Positions 47,483 through 56,057 of a DNA stretch of 64,000 bases are shown piece after piece. Numbering within the stretch: position 1 is the stretch's first letter; every line of letters starts with the position of its first letter. The translations under genes and the position numbers were made by a program. The notes under the pieces are model-generated. The model did not search any database and was not told where the DNA came from. It saw only the letters and a list, made by a program, of their open reading frames with translations. The stretch lies in IMG/VR virus record IMGVR_UViG_3300036944_001324, positions 186,001 to 250,000 of that record. The stretch is one strand, 5' to 3'.

Positions 47483-47521
47483 CGACATAAAGAGCCTCCC
47501 TTTTGGGAGGCTCTTATGCTG
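47483..47521. terminator. bidirectional hairpin flanked by CATAA/TTATG
   Basis: agagcctccc-tttt-gggaggctct between convergent genes. Confidence 0.8.
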
Positions 47522-47522
47522 C

Positions 47523-48869
47523 TTATCCACCAAACCGCATTCCGATGGGTGCTTTCATACGGACGTACTCATCGAATTGCTTCTGAAGCTTTTCATGCTT
47601 CTCTGTCAGTTCTTGGAGAGCTTTCACCAAGACAGGAACAATAGAAGATTCGTTGATCTTCAATTTCTCCAATTGACTGGTGTCAACGATCACTGGTTTG
47701 TCGCCTTCGAGTTCCAGGATGTCTTGGGCAAGCCATCCGTAACGAACTACCCCGACACCAATGTCTGAATCACGGTTCTCGCGATAACGATAAGCGACAG
47801 GCTTGAGCTTCATCACAAAGTCAAGGCCGTGTTGAACGTCAGTGATGTCTGTCTTGTCGCGTTTGTCAGACACAATGGTCCAGGAGACCTTGACGTAAGC
47901 GTGCTCCACCGAAGAGGAACCAACCACGACACGGTTGTTCTCACTGGTCACGTCCATGACAGGGGAGTAAACACCCGCGTTGTTGACACCACCGAGGATG
48001 ATGTTGCCACTACCTGTCGACAAACGAGCACCCGCAGACGAGCCCAGACCGATGTTGTTGTTGCCGCCAATCAAAGAACGAAGTGCTTGGGCACCGACAG
48101 CTGTGTTGCCGTTACCAGTACCGCTAGCGAGTAGAGCTTCGAAGCCGAAGGCTACGTTGTAACTACCCATGTAGTTAAACCGCATGGAATGGTAACCGGA
48201 CGCAACGTTACCAACACCTTGCAGGTTGTTGTGCATGGACTCTTTACCAACCGCTACGTTAAAGCGACCAGTGCTGTTGTCCCGCAATGCAAGAGAGCCA
48301 ATGGCTGTGTTGTCGGAACCCGTGGTGTTGCGACCAAGGGACAAATTACCAATAGCGGTATTGTCATCACCCGTAGTCAGTTTGCCAAGAGCACCATTTC
48401 CAACAGCTGTAGTGTTGGAGGCTTCGGATGAAGATCCGATAGCGCGGGCACCAACGGCGGTGTTGTTGTTACCGGTGGTGTTGAGTGTGAGAGCACGTGC
48501 ACCCAATGCCGTATTGTTGTTCCCGGTGACGTTCAGAGTCAAACTGGAGTAGCCGAGCGAAGTGTTGTAACTGCCGGTGGTATTCTCACGAAGAGAAGCA
48601 AAACCAACCGCAGAGTTCTCTTTGCCGACGGTGGATTCTTTGAGCGCTGCGAAACCAATAGCCGTTTGGCCATGAATGTTTATTGCCGACGACAAAGTAA
48701 AATGACCCACGGCAACGTTGCCGTCACCGAATGAGTTATTCATCAGGGCGCAGCGCCCGATAGCCGTGTTGTTGTTCCCGGTAGTCAGAGCTGCAAGGGA
48801 TGCATAACCGAAGGTTGTATTTGTTCCTGCAGTTGGCGTGCTACTCGTTTGTTGATTGCTATCAGCCAT
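47523..48869 (-). CDS. tail fibre/spike with 17-aa beta-helix repeats and a C-terminal peptidase S74 chaperone
   Basis: About 17 copies of G..NTA.G..AL..NTT; SDKRDKTDI autocleavage motif; C-terminal coiled coil. Confidence 0.85.
   Translation of the reverse strand: MADSNQQTSSTPTAGTNTTFGYASLAALTTGNNNTAIGRCALMNNSFGDGNVAVGHFTLSSAINIHGQTAIGFAALKESTVGKENSAVGFASLRENTTGSYNTSLGYSSLTLNVTGNNNTALGARALTLNTTGNNNTAVGARAIGSSSEASNTTAVGNGALGKLTTGDDNTAIGNLSLGRNTTGSDNTAIGSLALRDNSTGRFNVAVGKESMHNNLQGVGNVASGYHSMRFNYMGSYNVAFGFEALLASGTGNGNTAVGAQALRSLIGGNNNIGLGSSAGARLSTGSGNIILGGVNNAGVYSPVMDVTSENNRVVVGSSSVEHAYVKVSWTIVSDKRDKTDITDVQHGLDFVMKLKPVAYRYRENRDSDIGVGVVRYGWLAQDILELEGDKPVIVDTSQLEKLKINESSIVPVLVKALQELTEKHEKLQKQFDEYVRMKAPIGMRFGG
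47990..48830 (-). repeat. 17-aa tandem repeat array
   Basis: Periodic NTAxG motif every 17 residues. Confidence 0.85.
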
Positions 48870-48888
48870 TGATATTTCTCTTAATGGG

Positions 48889-49233
48889 TTAGATCAGCAC
48901 TTCATCAACCAACTGGTCGAAACCGTTGTAGGTCAAGGTGAATGTGCGTTGAACCAGCATGGTAGTTCCATCCACGTCGTAGATGGTGTCAGTGCGACGC
49001 GTGTAACGGTTGCTACCGTCTGGCAGAGAAAACACTGCTGTTTTCGCAGTGGTTCCATCAGTACGTTTCCACGTCGTGGTAACAAAGATACCATTGGCAT
49101 CACGACCGGTACGGTAGACCGACAAACCATCAGTTACAACACCCAGCGAAAGGGCGTTGACTTTCTTACTGACAAGACCAACGTCTCGCCCGACGGAACC
49201 AATGCGATTCGAAAGTTCAGTCCAAAGAGACAT
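48889..49233 (-). CDS. tail-fibre-associated protein
   Basis: DANGIF......DGT...S...Y..RT.T.Y..DGT motif seen in tail-fibre loci. Confidence 0.6.
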   Translation of the reverse strand: MSLWTELSNRIGSVGRDVGLVSKKVNALSLGVVTDGLSVYRTGRDANGIFVTTTWKRTDGTTAKTAVFSLPDGSNRYTRRTDTIYDVDGTTMLVQRTFTLTYNGFDQLVDEVLI

Positions 49234-49247
49234 GATTTATTTTTCCT

Positions 49248-49931
49248 TTACCAGACGATGGCACGAATAGCCTCAATGGTGGCTGCTTGTGCGATTTGTT
49301 GTTTGAGGGTTTGGGCCTTGGAGAAGTTGTACAAGCCCTGCATATACATGGCACTGTAGAACTCTGTCCAGTCCGCAAGGGTTGCTACTTGAACGTAGCT
49401 GTCATCCATGGCCTTCCAACCACCAGGCCAGCCAGGTGGAAGGGCGTTGCGCAGCAAGATGCTTCCGTTAGTTCCATCGATGTCCGAACGAGACAAAGGA
49501 TCGCATGCGATCTTCTTGCCTTTGAACATGAAGAACGAATTGTTGGCAGCAAGGCGCTGCGCGTTGATTTCTTTGTCTTTGGTATTGCGAAGATCGGTCA
49601 GGTACGCATCGAGTTCTTCGAGGGTAGGTTGTCGGTTACCCCACGGATACTCAGAGGGCATCTCTGGTGGGGTTGCGATGTCTTCAACGGGTGGCAGTTC
49701 AAGAGCCAGCCAAGCGAGACCTTGTTCAATGGCATTGTTAAGGGGAGTCAAATCTTCGTTTGTCCAGATGGGGCGTGCTACCACGTTTTGCAAGTGGGTC
49801 ACGTTGTTCTTGAGAGATGCAATGTCTGCTTCTGACTTGGTCTCATCCGCAAGAATGCGGTTGATGGTCGAGACACTAAAGAGTGCCGATGTCAGTTCTT
49901 GAGCAGCACTGCGTTGAATATTGGGCAACAT
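49248..49931 (-). CDS. DUF4376-containing tail fibre assembly protein
   Basis: GAGGA RBS before ATG 49931; K..EINA.RL.AN...F...G....D..SR.DI ... W...D..Y ... F.KAQ.LK..I..A.T...I.AI.W. Confidence 0.75.
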   Translation of the reverse strand: MLPNIQRSAAQELTSALFSVSTINRILADETKSEADIASLKNNVTHLQNVVARPIWTNEDLTPLNNAIEQGLAWLALELPPVEDIATPPEMPSEYPWGNRQPTLEELDAYLTDLRNTKDKEINAQRLAANNSFFMFKGKKIACDPLSRSDIDGTNGSILLRNALPPGWPGGWKAMDDSYVQVATLADWTEFYSAMYMQGLYNFSKAQTLKQQIAQAATIEAIRAIVW

Positions 49932-50218
49932 AACAGGGGATTCCTCGTATGCGGTTAAAGGTTGGAACGCTTGAAGCAAATAGGTCGAACTATAGCAGTG
50001 CGTTCGCTGCAGCACATAAAACGCTTGGGCTGAACATTCTAGAGATGCAGGTGGTGATGTGAGTTCGGGAGAAGGTGTGTGGCGTCTATGACTGAAGTCA
50101 TAAAATACAAGAACAAATGGAGTGCTTGGTCTAAAATTATATCTGGCTTCTAATGGTTGTTATCATTGGAACTTTTATGAGATCAATCTTAACCAAACAC
50201 TAATTAGAGGTTTTTCAA

Positions 50219-50809
50219 GTGAAACTCTTGTCCTACAAAGTCATTCGCCCTGGCTTTCAAGCGCTCGGAAGCATCAGCGTACGCATTCGTCTTCGCAGCC
50301 CATTGTCGCACACTGAAGTGATGTATGAGCCTGGTGATGGCGTGGACCATCTGATGCCGGACGGTACCTGTGATCCTGATGAAAACGGTGCTTACTGGTG
50401 CGCGTCTTCGACGGCAGCTGAAAAGCTGCCTCACTATGACAATCTGAAGTTCACCAATCGCCGCGCTGGTAAGTTCGGCGGTGTGCGCTTCAAGCGTATC
50501 GTTCCAAAGCCAGACCACTGGCTGATCCAAGACGTGTTGGGATTTGATCCTGTCAAATCCGCTCAATGGTTCTTCAACAACCTCGGCATGGCCTACGACT
50601 GGAAACACATTCTGTCGTTCATCGCTGTGGGTTGGAACTGGGTGTTCCGTCAAAGTCACGACAAGGTTACCTGTACAGAAGCGTGCGCTGCATCTTTCGG
50701 GTTTCCCGAGGCAGACAACTTCGATCCCAAGAATCTGCCGCCGGTTGTTGAGCGTGTCAATCGCTTGATGGCGGAGTTGTTCAACCAAATGAAAAAGTCT
50801 GGTGAGTAA
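50219..50809 (+). CDS. permuted papain-like NlpC/P60 (YiiX/YebB-like) protein
   Basis: SHTE (His) precedes G.AYDW and CTEAC (Cys), the permuted catalytic order. Confidence 0.7.
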   Translation: MKLLSYKVIRPGFQALGSISVRIRLRSPLSHTEVMYEPGDGVDHLMPDGTCDPDENGAYWCASSTAAEKLPHYDNLKFTNRRAGKFGGVRFKRIVPKPDHWLIQDVLGFDPVKSAQWFFNNLGMAYDWKHILSFIAVGWNWVFRQSHDKVTCTEACAASFGFPEADNFDPKNLPPVVERVNRLMAELFNQMKKSGE

Positions 50810-50841
50810 GAACTGGACGTTCAATCTAAACGGAACAAGCA

Positions 50842-51702
50842 ATGTTCGATAATTTGATTTTTCGTTACGGCACTGTAACAGGTCCCGGTACGTCCACCAA
50901 CAATGCGCTTGTACTGTGGGATGGGACCAGTGGAACGCTGATCAAAAACAGTACCGTGACGGTCCCGACCAGTGGCTTTCTGGGTGACGTCGTTGGGCCG
51001 GCGAGTACTACCAACAACGCGGTGGCACTCTGGGACGGTACCAGCGGTAGGCTGTTGAAGAACGGGACGCTAACTCTTCCAACCAGCGCTATCGTCGGTA
51101 TCAGCGACACACAAGCACTCACTAACAAAACGGTAAGAGTCGCCGACAATACTAGCGCATGGTCTGGTGCAGCTTTTCTAGAGGTAAAGTCAACACCAGC
51201 GACGGAAGCAGCAGGCGGCACCGGCGGGGCTTTCATGAGCTTTCACCGGTCAAGTGCTCATGCTGTTAACCTTGGTCTGGACGCTAACAACGTCTTTAAG
51301 ATCTCCGGATGGTCACTTGGTAGTCTAGTCCCGTGGTCAGTTACGCACTCAGGTGTCATGCAAGTGTACCGGGCAGTTTATTTCGGTATGTATAATAGCG
51401 TGATTGCAAATACTGCTGCAACTACTGTTGACTTTTCACTGGGTCAAAAAGCTCACTTGACTTTGCAAGCTAGTACCACTATATCGTGCACTTTCCCAGG
51501 CATAGGTAATTACCAGATCCTGATGATTCAAGACGGTACTGGAAACCGAACGATAACATGGGGTGCCGGTCTCGCACCTTTGTACGTTGGTAGTGCCTCA
51601 GCACCGGCTATAAATCTAGCCGCAAACACTATTACGCTGGTGTCAATTTATTGGTCATCCGCTAATGCATTTATCGCTGTCAGCAAAGTGAATGCTGCGT
51701 AA
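50842..51702 (+). CDS. tail fibre protein
   Basis: N-terminal 2x38-aa GP.STNNA..WDGTSG.L.KN repeat; FMSFHR...A..LGLD.NN.F..GWS fibre motif; C-terminal QDGTG.RTITW domain. Confidence 0.75.
   Translation: MFDNLIFRYGTVTGPGTSTNNALVLWDGTSGTLIKNSTVTVPTSGFLGDVVGPASTTNNAVALWDGTSGRLLKNGTLTLPTSAIVGISDTQALTNKTVRVADNTSAWSGAAFLEVKSTPATEAAGGTGGAFMSFHRSSAHAVNLGLDANNVFKISGWSLGSLVPWSVTHSGVMQVYRAVYFGMYNSVIANTAATTVDFSLGQKAHLTLQASTTISCTFPGIGNYQILMIQDGTGNRTITWGAGLAPLYVGSASAPAINLAANTITLVSIYWSSANAFIAVSKVNAA
50872..51099 (+). repeat. 2 x 38-aa tandem repeat
   Basis: TVTGPGTSTNNALVLWDGTSGTLIKNS... / DVVGPASTTNNAVALWDGTSGRLLKNG... Confidence 0.8.
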
Positions 51703-52193
51703 TGGCTTCCGCAACTCTTACCTTAACAGTTAGTTCTTCCACTGGTTGGGTCAATCCCACCAATGCGTTTGTATCTAACAACGCTTACGCCTCGTACAGC
51801 AGCGTTACTACATCAGGTACTAATTTTTATTTTCGGTTCACCACGAACGCCGCTACTCTTTTACCGGCGAATGCAGTTATAACTGGTGTTCGGATGGATG
51901 TCGAGTACAGGACAAATAACGCGACGCCTCAACCTCGTTTCTGTGCAGGTCCCGGTGATTTTGGCGGTACTGCAAACCCAGTCGTGGTGACAACCACCGA
52001 TGTTGTGTATGTTTTTGGCGGACCAGGTAATACTCTTGGTGCTGTAACGCGTGACGACGTCTCCACCGCTAGTATTCAATTCGGAAACAACGCTGCGGGC
52101 ACCTCTGTTCACTACATCGACAACGTTGTCATGTACGTGGACTGGGAACTACCTAAAGCCGGCAACACTCTTTTTCATGGAGAGAACTTTTGA
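51702..52193 (+). CDS. putative tail-fibre-associated beta-sandwich protein
   Basis: TAATG coupling; Thr/Asn-rich beta pattern ending in YIDNVVMYVDW. Confidence 0.6.
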   Translation: MASATLTLTVSSSTGWVNPTNAFVSNNAYASYSSVTTSGTNFYFRFTTNAATLLPANAVITGVRMDVEYRTNNATPQPRFCAGPGDFGGTANPVVVTTTDVVYVFGGPGNTLGAVTRDDVSTASIQFGNNAAGTSVHYIDNVVMYVDWELPKAGNTLFHGENF

Positions 52194-52723
52194 TGTTCTA
52201 CGAACCATCCTCTAAAAAGACCTATGCAAGTATCCAGGACTTCAAACTGGAATACAGGAACACTTCGTTCGGTGAACTCGACACAGAAGAAGAACGCAAT
52301 GTCTTCGGTCTGTTCACCCTTCACGACGTTCGCCCGACTTACGACAGCAAGCTTCAAGTCATTGAAGAAGGCGGTATTGTTAACCGGTCGGGTCTGTGGT
52401 ATAAAAACTACACGGTTAAAGACAAGCAGCTCAGTCACGAAGATCGAGCTCGTATTTTCAACCAGCGTTTTAATGGCGCGTTGATTGCTTTGTTCGATGA
52501 AACTGCAAATGAGCGTGACTACGACACACATACGACCTGTTTGATGCGAGCCGGTTATCCCAACCCGTGGCAAAAGGAAGCTCAAGCCTTCGGTACATGG
52601 ATGGACGGCTGTAACGAAGCTGCGTACAAGATCATGAATCAGATCACTGTTGGTGAAAAGGCAATCCCCAAGGATGTCAAAGAACTGATCAGTAGTTTTC
52701 CCAAGATGGTCTGGCCTGACTAA
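52193..52723 (+). CDS. tail fibre assembly/chaperone protein
   Basis: TGATG coupling; L.D.TA.ER.YD....C..RAGYPNPWQ.EA.AF..W.D...and P..VWP motifs. Confidence 0.7.
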   Translation: MFYEPSSKKTYASIQDFKLEYRNTSFGELDTEEERNVFGLFTLHDVRPTYDSKLQVIEEGGIVNRSGLWYKNYTVKDKQLSHEDRARIFNQRFNGALIALFDETANERDYDTHTTCLMRAGYPNPWQKEAQAFGTWMDGCNEAAYKIMNQITVGEKAIPKDVKELISSFPKMVWPD

Positions 52724-52732
52724 GACAGCACT

Positions 52733-53680
52733 GTGTTCATTCTCAGTGGAAGGCAACGCATCTTTGTCTCGATAGCGGCTTATCGAGATAGTGAAGCGCC
52801 TGCCACGGTACGTGATTTACTGGAGAAGGCCGACAGACCTCATCTGGTCAAGATCGGCATTCTCAATCAGATTTGTCCCAAAGAAGACATCCGCTGCAAA
52901 GTAGGTGGCTGGACAAATGTTCAAGAGCGTATCGTTGACTACACGGAGTCCAAAGGAGCGTGCTGGGCACGCTCCTACATATGGACGAATCTCCTTGAAG
53001 ACGAAGACTTCGTTCTTCAGATAGACAGCCATAGTCGCTTTGACCATGGCTGGGACACAACGCTGCTTAAAACTTTCGAGAAGCTTCAAGACGCTTCAGC
53101 GGTACTTACCCATTACCCGATGCGGTACGACCCCTTGACGAACGTTAAGAGCGCTCAGATGTACACTCGCTTTGACATCCAGAGTTTCAACCAATACGGG
53201 TTCCCTGTTATTAGCTCGGCGGCGTTGGCACTGAAAGACGCACCGGTAACACCTGCTAAAACAGCTTTCATAGCTGGTGGTTGTTTGTTCACACGGGCAA
53301 GAACCATCAAGAACGTTCCGTACGATCCCCATCTATACTTCCAAGGTGAGGAGATCAACTACGCAATCCGGTTGTGGACACATGGTCACAACCTGTACTT
53401 GCCTAACAAGCCCTTCATGTACCATGACTACGGTAATGGTCGTGCAAGGCGTATGCATTGGCAGGATGTACAGCGATGGAAGCAGATGAACGATCTGTCC
53501 ATCATGCGAAACAAGCATGTTCTTGATCTTGGTATTGCTACTGACCCAGCTTCGTTGATTGATATCGACAAGTACAGTCTTGGTAAACACCGCACCCTGT
53601 CAGATTGGGAGCGATTCTCTGGCGTCTATTTGAGAGCCCAGACCTTGACTGAAAAAGCCAAGACTGGTTCATTCCAGTGA
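52733..53680 (+). CDS. GT60/Gnt1-like alpha-GlcNAc transferase (Pfam 'GlcNAc' family)
   Basis: IFVSIAAYRD.E, GACWAR, LQIDSHSRF (DxH), FIAGGCLF, YDP.LYF.GEEI...RLWTHG. Confidence 0.85.
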   Translation: MFILSGRQRIFVSIAAYRDSEAPATVRDLLEKADRPHLVKIGILNQICPKEDIRCKVGGWTNVQERIVDYTESKGACWARSYIWTNLLEDEDFVLQIDSHSRFDHGWDTTLLKTFEKLQDASAVLTHYPMRYDPLTNVKSAQMYTRFDIQSFNQYGFPVISSAALALKDAPVTPAKTAFIAGGCLFTRARTIKNVPYDPHLYFQGEEINYAIRLWTHGHNLYLPNKPFMYHDYGNGRARRMHWQDVQRWKQMNDLSIMRNKHVLDLGIATDPASLIDIDKYSLGKHRTLSDWERFSGVYLRAQTLTEKAKTGSFQ

Positions 53681-53710
53681 TTTTCAGCAATACATTATCT
53701 ATAGGACGAA

Positions 53711-53753
53711 AGCATAAGAAGCCCAGGCTTTGCGGCCTGGGCTCTATGCCGTC
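53711..53753 (+). terminator. CATAA/TATGCCG-flanked hairpin
   Basis: agcccaggc/gcctgggct stem; no U-tract. Confidence 0.55.
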
Positions 53754-53780
53754 TTGTCAATCAAAGCGAAAGAAAGTAAC

Positions 53781-54308
53781 ATGAAAGATAAATTTCAACC
53801 CCTGTCAACTGCCGGATATTTGCTAGCAGTTGTTGTTCATAACTGGCACATTCTCTTCGGGAAAATGCAGCTGATGTTTTATAAGCTCTTCGACCAAATG
53901 GAGTGCTTTTGGTACGTTCGGGTTCGGCGGTTTGGTAGTAAGAGTGATTACCATCTCGGCAAGATGGCTTCCAACATAAAGAACGACCCTCAGGCAAGTA
54001 AAGAGCTTCAGCGTCAGTCTATGATCTTCTCGTTGGTCTCGTTGCTTTACGCACATCCTCACGACATTCACAAAGTAATGCGGGTTTTCTATCCACTGAT
54101 GTACATGCGTTTTGCATGGCGGAAATGGTTCTTCCAACGAATGGAGATCGTGTTTGCTGTTGAAGATGAGAAAGATTTGTTGCGGGCTGGTGATCTTTTG
54201 GGATTTGGCTTCCGTGCCAAAATCCAAAGCCGTTATGGTCTTGACATCCTCAACGAATACGAATCCAAAGGAAACCTTCATGAACTTCTCAGTCAAAAAA
54301 CTCAATGA
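53781..54308 (+). CDS. hypothetical protein
   Basis: Packed ORF. Confidence 0.65.
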   Translation: MKDKFQPLSTAGYLLAVVVHNWHILFGKMQLMFYKLFDQMECFWYVRVRRFGSKSDYHLGKMASNIKNDPQASKELQRQSMIFSLVSLLYAHPHDIHKVMRVFYPLMYMRFAWRKWFFQRMEIVFAVEDEKDLLRAGDLLGFGFRAKIQSRYGLDILNEYESKGNLHELLSQKTQ

Positions 54309-54720
54309 TGCCTCCGTTCTCGTTCTGATGGAGTGCGACACTCCACACTTCAAAGGACTGATGCTCTATCCGTTGCCGTTCCTCGGTGAGAACGATGATG
54401 ATGACGTCTGTAAGTTGGTAGCTGAACATCCAACTAAAAAAGTAGATGATTCACATAAAGGCGATCTCGACTATCACGTTATATTTAACCTGACGCCGTA
54501 TAGCGAGTCTGTTGCTCAACTGTTTATGGTGTTTGGTATTCGAACATCTACTGGATTGCTGGCCTTGGCCTGCAATAGCAACGTTCACGATTACATCGTT
54601 CAAAACGCCGGTATTGCAGATTACAAAGTCCTGCCAGCTACTGACCAAATTCACGGTATATTCGATACCATCGATCCGCTGAAGATCGCCAAGTTCGCGT
54701 CGATAATCCGAACAGTCTGA
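54280..54720 (+). CDS. hypothetical protein
   Basis: AAGGA RBS before ATG 54280. Confidence 0.7.
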   Translation: MNFSVKKLNDASVLVLMECDTPHFKGLMLYPLPFLGENDDDDVCKLVAEHPTKKVDDSHKGDLDYHVIFNLTPYSESVAQLFMVFGIRTSTGLLALACNSNVHDYIVQNAGIADYKVLPATDQIHGIFDTIDPLKIAKFASIIRTV

Positions 54721-54754
54721 TCATCCGCATAACCAATGAAAAAGAGAGATTAAC

Positions 54755-55411
54755 ATGCCCTTCGAATTGACTTTCGTGTTGCCAAAGATCGCTTTGTTTT
54801 ACAGTGGGGTCACGGTGTATCATACCTACATTGGGAACATGTTGCGAGGTGGGGAATCTTCCCGGATGTTCACTCTGCACCCCAAAAACCATAAGCACAA
54901 GTTCTCTGCCGTGGTGAATTCCAGCCAGATAGGTAAAGACCCCATCACTTGCATCAAGGAGATGATCGATTACGGTATCGAGACCTATACCACATTCGAT
55001 ACCGAAAGCGGTGAGTACCTCATCTATCGCACTTACGAAGTGCTGGTGGCTAACGATCAGTTGCTCGGCAAATTCTTCTCGAGTATGCATCGCAATTTCT
55101 ACCATCGAAAAGACTCCAACATCTCTAACATGGCTCAGGAAATCATGGATGACAATGAAATGTCGGACATGCTGCGCCAGCTCGGCGGCTTGTACGGCCT
55201 GAAGGACAAAAGCATCGAGGAGATCCTGCAGTTCCTCGCAAGGAACCGAATTGTGCATTTGCTGTTGCTGATGTATTACGACAGCGGAGCCAGCGTTGTC
55301 GACATTTGCGCTAAGTTCGACTTGGAGCATTACGACAAAGCGCAAACCGTTATCGACGCATGGCGAGTTCTTATGCAGGTTCTCGAAAAGCTTGCTGGGA
55401 GTACCGAATGA
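54755..55411 (+). CDS. hypothetical protein
   Basis: Packed ORF. Confidence 0.7.
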   Translation: MPFELTFVLPKIALFYSGVTVYHTYIGNMLRGGESSRMFTLHPKNHKHKFSAVVNSSQIGKDPITCIKEMIDYGIETYTTFDTESGEYLIYRTYEVLVANDQLLGKFFSSMHRNFYHRKDSNISNMAQEIMDDNEMSDMLRQLGGLYGLKDKSIEEILQFLARNRIVHLLLLMYYDSGASVVDICAKFDLEHYDKAQTVIDAWRVLMQVLEKLAGSTE

Positions 55412-55983
55412 CCACACAGTCGAAGATGCTGCAAGCCGGCAAGAACATGGCTTTCCTGTGTAAGAAAGACCTTGTACGCATCTACTTGCCGTTGATGGTT
55501 AACATCCATTCCTGGAAAGTAGGTGAGTCTTGGAAAAGGACCGCCCTTACCACATGCACGAGCCAACTCATTGATGAGTTTGGAATGGAGTTGATGATGA
55601 TTGCTGAGCAGTGTGGATGGAAGAATTGGCATCAAGCCGATTTTGTCCATTATCTGACAAGTGGTGATCTCGGTTGGTACATCGCTAGTTGGATACTGGA
55701 AACCTCTCCAGCGGTCAGTCGTTTTGATTACGAAGATAACCAGCTCGTATGCTACAGCAAACATTATCAGATAGATACACGGTCTGAGGAGTATGGTCTT
55801 GGATCATTTCAGTTTGCCTGTGCCGTCTACGCAGGCATGTTTGCTGACAACCTCAAAAACAAGGAGGCTCAAAAAGCCAAGTTGTTCGGCGGTGGTCACA
55901 CACACTACATGAAGCTTTGGCCGGGTATGTCACAGCGCAACATTTTGGAAGAAATGACTAACGCTACTCCAACGCTGATTTGA
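55408..55983 (+). CDS. hypothetical protein
   Basis: GGGAG RBS; ATGA overlap. Confidence 0.7.
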   Translation: MTTQSKMLQAGKNMAFLCKKDLVRIYLPLMVNIHSWKVGESWKRTALTTCTSQLIDEFGMELMMIAEQCGWKNWHQADFVHYLTSGDLGWYIASWILETSPAVSRFDYEDNQLVCYSKHYQIDTRSEEYGLGSFQFACAVYAGMFADNLKNKEAQKAKLFGGGHTHYMKLWPGMSQRNILEEMTNATPTLI

Positions 55984-56057
55984 CATTCATTCATCATAAA
56001 AGGCAAGGGTTCATTCCCTTGCCTTATGTCGTTTAATCTACCATCGAAAGAATTACC

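Noticed and set aside
47199-47768. 189-aa + ORF spanning two convergent genes
   Set aside because: It crosses a bidirectional terminator and overlaps two well-supported genes.
47483-50218. Invertase-driven tail-fibre switching (Gin/Cin type)
   Set aside because: No serine recombinase in the window and no inverted repeats found at the cassette edges.
47523-52193. Diversity-generating retroelement acting on the fibres
   Set aside because: No reverse transcriptase gene and no template/variable repeat pair differing at adenines.
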